A DNA stretch of 64,000 nt from Pseudomonadota bacterium (GTDB lineage: Bacteria; Pseudomonadota; Gammaproteobacteria; Acidiferrobacterales; UBA6901): assembly GCA_027364845.1 (NCBI GenBank), contig DAHXOO010000007.1:12385-76384 (forward strand). The letters are read 5' to 3'. The translations under genes and the position numbers were made by a program. Each line of letters starts with the position of its first letter. Within the stretch, counting starts at the first letter, position 1. Under the pieces are notes generated by a model. That model saw only the letters and a list, made by a program, of their open reading frames with translations, was not told the origin of the DNA and did not search any database. This document shows, piece by piece, positions 61,943 to 64,000 of this stretch.

Positions 61943-63859
61943 TCAATCTTCCAGATAGGTGTAGCCCTCGAGCCCGTCGCGGATCTCGGCTAGGTAGGCG
62001 CCGCGTTGGGTAGCATCGAGCCAGTCGGCCGCCCCGATCTTGTCGCGGTACGCCGCGAGCAGGTTCTCGGGGTCGAAATGGACATAGCGCAGCACGGAAT
62101 CTGCCGTATCGCCGCGGCGTGCTTCGGTCAGACGATAGCCGCCGTCGTTAGTCGGCTCGACCTGCACCGAATCGGTGTCCCCAAACAGGTTGTGCATATC
62201 ACCAAGGATCTCCTGATAGGCGCCGACCAAAAAGATGCCCAACAGGTAGGGCTCGTTCGGGCGCAGCGCGTGCAGGGGCAAACTCGGCTCAATGCCTTCA
62301 CCATCGACATAGAGGTCCACGCGCCCATCAGAGTCGCAAGTGATGTCTTGCAGGACTGCACGGCGCTGCGGTTCCTCGTCGAGGCGGCTCAAAGGCAGAA
62401 TTGGAAACACCTGGTCGATCGCCCAATGGTCCGGTATTGACTGAAACAGGGAAAAGTTGCAGAAGTACTTGTCCGCGAGCTTCTCGTTGAGCTCATCCAG
62501 CGTCTCGCGGTGATTCCGGATCCCGGGCTGCAGTCGCTCGCGCACGCGCTGACAGGTGGCGAAATAGAGCTGCTCTGCCCGCGCGCGCGCTGCCAGATCG
62601 AGAACACCGTGCGTGAACATGGCCTGCGCTTCCGACAGGAAATGGGAGGCATCATGATAGCTTTCCAGCGTCGGCCGCTGCGTGATCCCGTCAAGCCCGC
62701 GCCACAGGTCCTGGATGACCTGCGGCTCGCTCTCCCGTGCCCCTTCCGGCATGTCCGCGCCCGATGCTAACTCCACGTCAACAACCTTGGTGATGAGCAC
62801 CGCGTGGTGCGCCGTCATTGCCCGCCCCGACTCGGTTACGATATCAGGATGCGGCAGGTCGCATTCCACACACACTTCTTTGAGCGTGCGCACAATATTG
62901 TGTGCGTATTCCTGGACACTGTAGTTCATTGAGCAAAACGAGCGCGACCGGGTACCCTCGTAGTCAACGCCCAGACCCCCGCCGACGTTGACGCAGCGGA
63001 TGTCCGCCCCCAGCCGCCGCAGCTCGGCATAGTAACGACCCGCCTCGCGCATTCCGCTCTGGACATGCTTGATGTTTGCGATCTGGGAGCCCATATGAAA
63101 GTGCATCATCTGCAGAGCACCGAGCATTTCGGCCCCCTGCAGGCGCTCCACCACACGCAGGATGTCCGCGGCCGAAAGGCCAAATTTGGATTTCTCACCG
63201 CCCGTATTCTGCCACTTGCCAGCGCCGAGAGAAGCGAGCCGCACCCTCACGCCGAGCAGGGGTATAACTCCCAGGGCGCGGGACTCGGCAATCACCAGAT
63301 CGAGCTCGGAAAGCTTCTCCACCACAATATTGACCCTCAGCCCGAGCTGGCGGCCGATGAGCGCCAGCCGCACGTACTCTCGGTCCTTATAGCCGTTGCA
63401 GACCACGATATTGTCGGGGCGAGAGCAGGCTAGGACCGCGAGCAGCTCCGGCTTGCTCCCGGCCTCGAGACCGACGCGCTCGCCACCGTGCGCGACAAGC
63501 GCGCTCACCACGCTACGCTGCTGGTTCACCTTTATCGGATAAACAGCGGTGTAGAGACCGTGATAGTCGTCGGACCGGCAGGCGCTGCCAAAGGCTTCAC
63601 ACAATTCATCGATGCGGTGATGGAGGATACCGGAGAACCGCACCAGGACTGGAAGTGTCAGCCCGCGGGTGGCAAGCTCTGCCGCGAGATCGTGCAGATC
63701 GATGGACGGGCCTTTGCCGCTTCGCTCGCTGTCGGACTGGGTCCAAGCGGGATTAGGGTAGGCGACCACGTGGCCACGCTCGTTGATGTCGAAATAGCCA
63801 CTGCCCCAATGCGCAATGTTATAAGTGTCGCGAGCCTTTTGTATGGTCCAGTCGGTCAT
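61943..63859 (-). CDS. speA: Biosynthetic arginine decarboxylase
   Basis: From the internal Met: MTDWTIQKARDTYNIAHWGSGYFDIN is the canonical SpeA N-terminus, with a PLP-dependent fold III sequence throughout. Confidence 0.92.
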   Translation of the reverse strand: MTDWTIQKARDTYNIAHWGSGYFDINERGHVVAYPNPAWTQSDSERSGKGPSIDLHDLAAELATRGLTLPVLVRFSGILHHRIDELCEAFGSACRSDDYHGLYTAVYPIKVNQQRSVVSALVAHGGERVGLEAGSKPELLAVLACSRPDNIVVCNGYKDREYVRLALIGRQLGLRVNIVVEKLSELDLVIAESRALGVIPLLGVRVRLASLGAGKWQNTGGEKSKFGLSAADILRVVERLQGAEMLGALQMMHFHMGSQIANIKHVQSGMREAGRYYAELRRLGADIRCVNVGGGLGVDYEGTRSRSFCSMNYSVQEYAHNIVRTLKEVCVECDLPHPDIVTESGRAMTAHHAVLITKVVDVELASGADMPEGARESEPQVIQDLWRGLDGITQRPTLESYHDASHFLSEAQAMFTHGVLDLAARARAEQLYFATCQRVRERLQPGIRNHRETLDELNEKLADKYFCNFSLFQSIPDHWAIDQVFPILPLSRLDEEPQRRAVLQDITCDSDGRVDLYVDGEGIEPSLPLHALRPNEPYLLGIFLVGAYQEILGDMHNLFGDTDSVQVEPTNDGGYRLTEARRGDTADSVLRYVHFDPENLLAAYRDKIGAADWLDATQRGAYLAEIRDGLEGYTYLED

Positions 63860-64000
63860 GGGTGAAAACCGGGTTAGAGCGCGCTGATGATACAAGAGAA
63901 GCGGAAAAAGTAATAAAATAGATTATTCAGAATTTTCGGGACGATTGAAATCGAGCGGATTGATCCGCTTCATGGCAGCTTGCGCATCAATCCGGAGACT

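Noticed and set aside
63923-64000. Open minus-strand frame at the right edge ending ...NPLDFNRPENSE-stop
   Set aside because: Only 25 codons are visible. Third-position GC is about 50%, well below what the clear genes here appear to show, and nothing recognisable is present. It cannot be supported.
1-64000. Looked for CRISPR arrays, IS elements or transposases, integrases, prophage genes, tRNA/rRNA/tmRNA/RNase P/SRP RNA, toxin-antitoxin pairs and known defence-system genes
   Set aside because: None were recognised by eye. There are no regularly spaced direct repeats, no T-loop GTTCGAATC-type tRNA signatures in intergenic DNA, and no recombinase-like ORFs. A tRNAscan/Infernal/ISfinder run would be needed to be definitive.

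Overview
GC-rich (by eye about 60-65%) gammaproteobacterial chromosomal segment. It is almost entirely core housekeeping genes, with Pseudomonas/Chromatiales-like synteny.

Gene content, left to right:
- gcvT behind a tandem glycine riboswitch
- an orphan PhnD-like binding protein, xthA and prlC
- srkA and aroE
- a ubiquinone block (ubiD, GST, ubiA, ubiC)
- the spo-type block (recG, ridA, spoT, rpoZ, gmk), then yicC
- a Hanks kinase/PP2C pair
- rph, rdgB, an EamA transporter, hemW and hemJ
- an OMF / mini-adaptor / RND efflux operon
- priA, a fructosamine kinase and hemE
- gltDB, a dgt-like gene and aroBK
- pilQPONM divergent from ponA
- three poorly characterised genes: an Arg-rich hypothetical, an Ig-like lipoprotein and a degenerate class III cyclase
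- argS, a SPOR protein, speD and speA

By eye I found no tRNA or rRNA genes, CRISPR arrays, transposases, integrases or phage genes. Many long ORFs in the six-frame track are antisense or N-terminal-extension artefacts of the high GC content. Several starts were re-placed using family N-termini and neighbour overlaps.

I do not see a compelling multi-gene novel system. The best candidates for a second look are:
1. A tripartite efflux operon whose adaptor is only 126 aa (membrane-proximal domain only).
2. A soluble non-RD Ser/Thr kinase plus PP2C cassette between yicC and rph.
3. A standalone cyclase-homology protein with four of six catalytic positions substituted, next to a ponA-coupled uncharacterised protein.
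4. A cluster of DnaA boxes, GATC sites and an AT-rich tract upstream of priA.
5. Two unusually long non-coding spacers (27.07-27.73 kb and 33.28-33.87 kb).

All family assignments come from motif recognition by eye. No database search or computation was possible.
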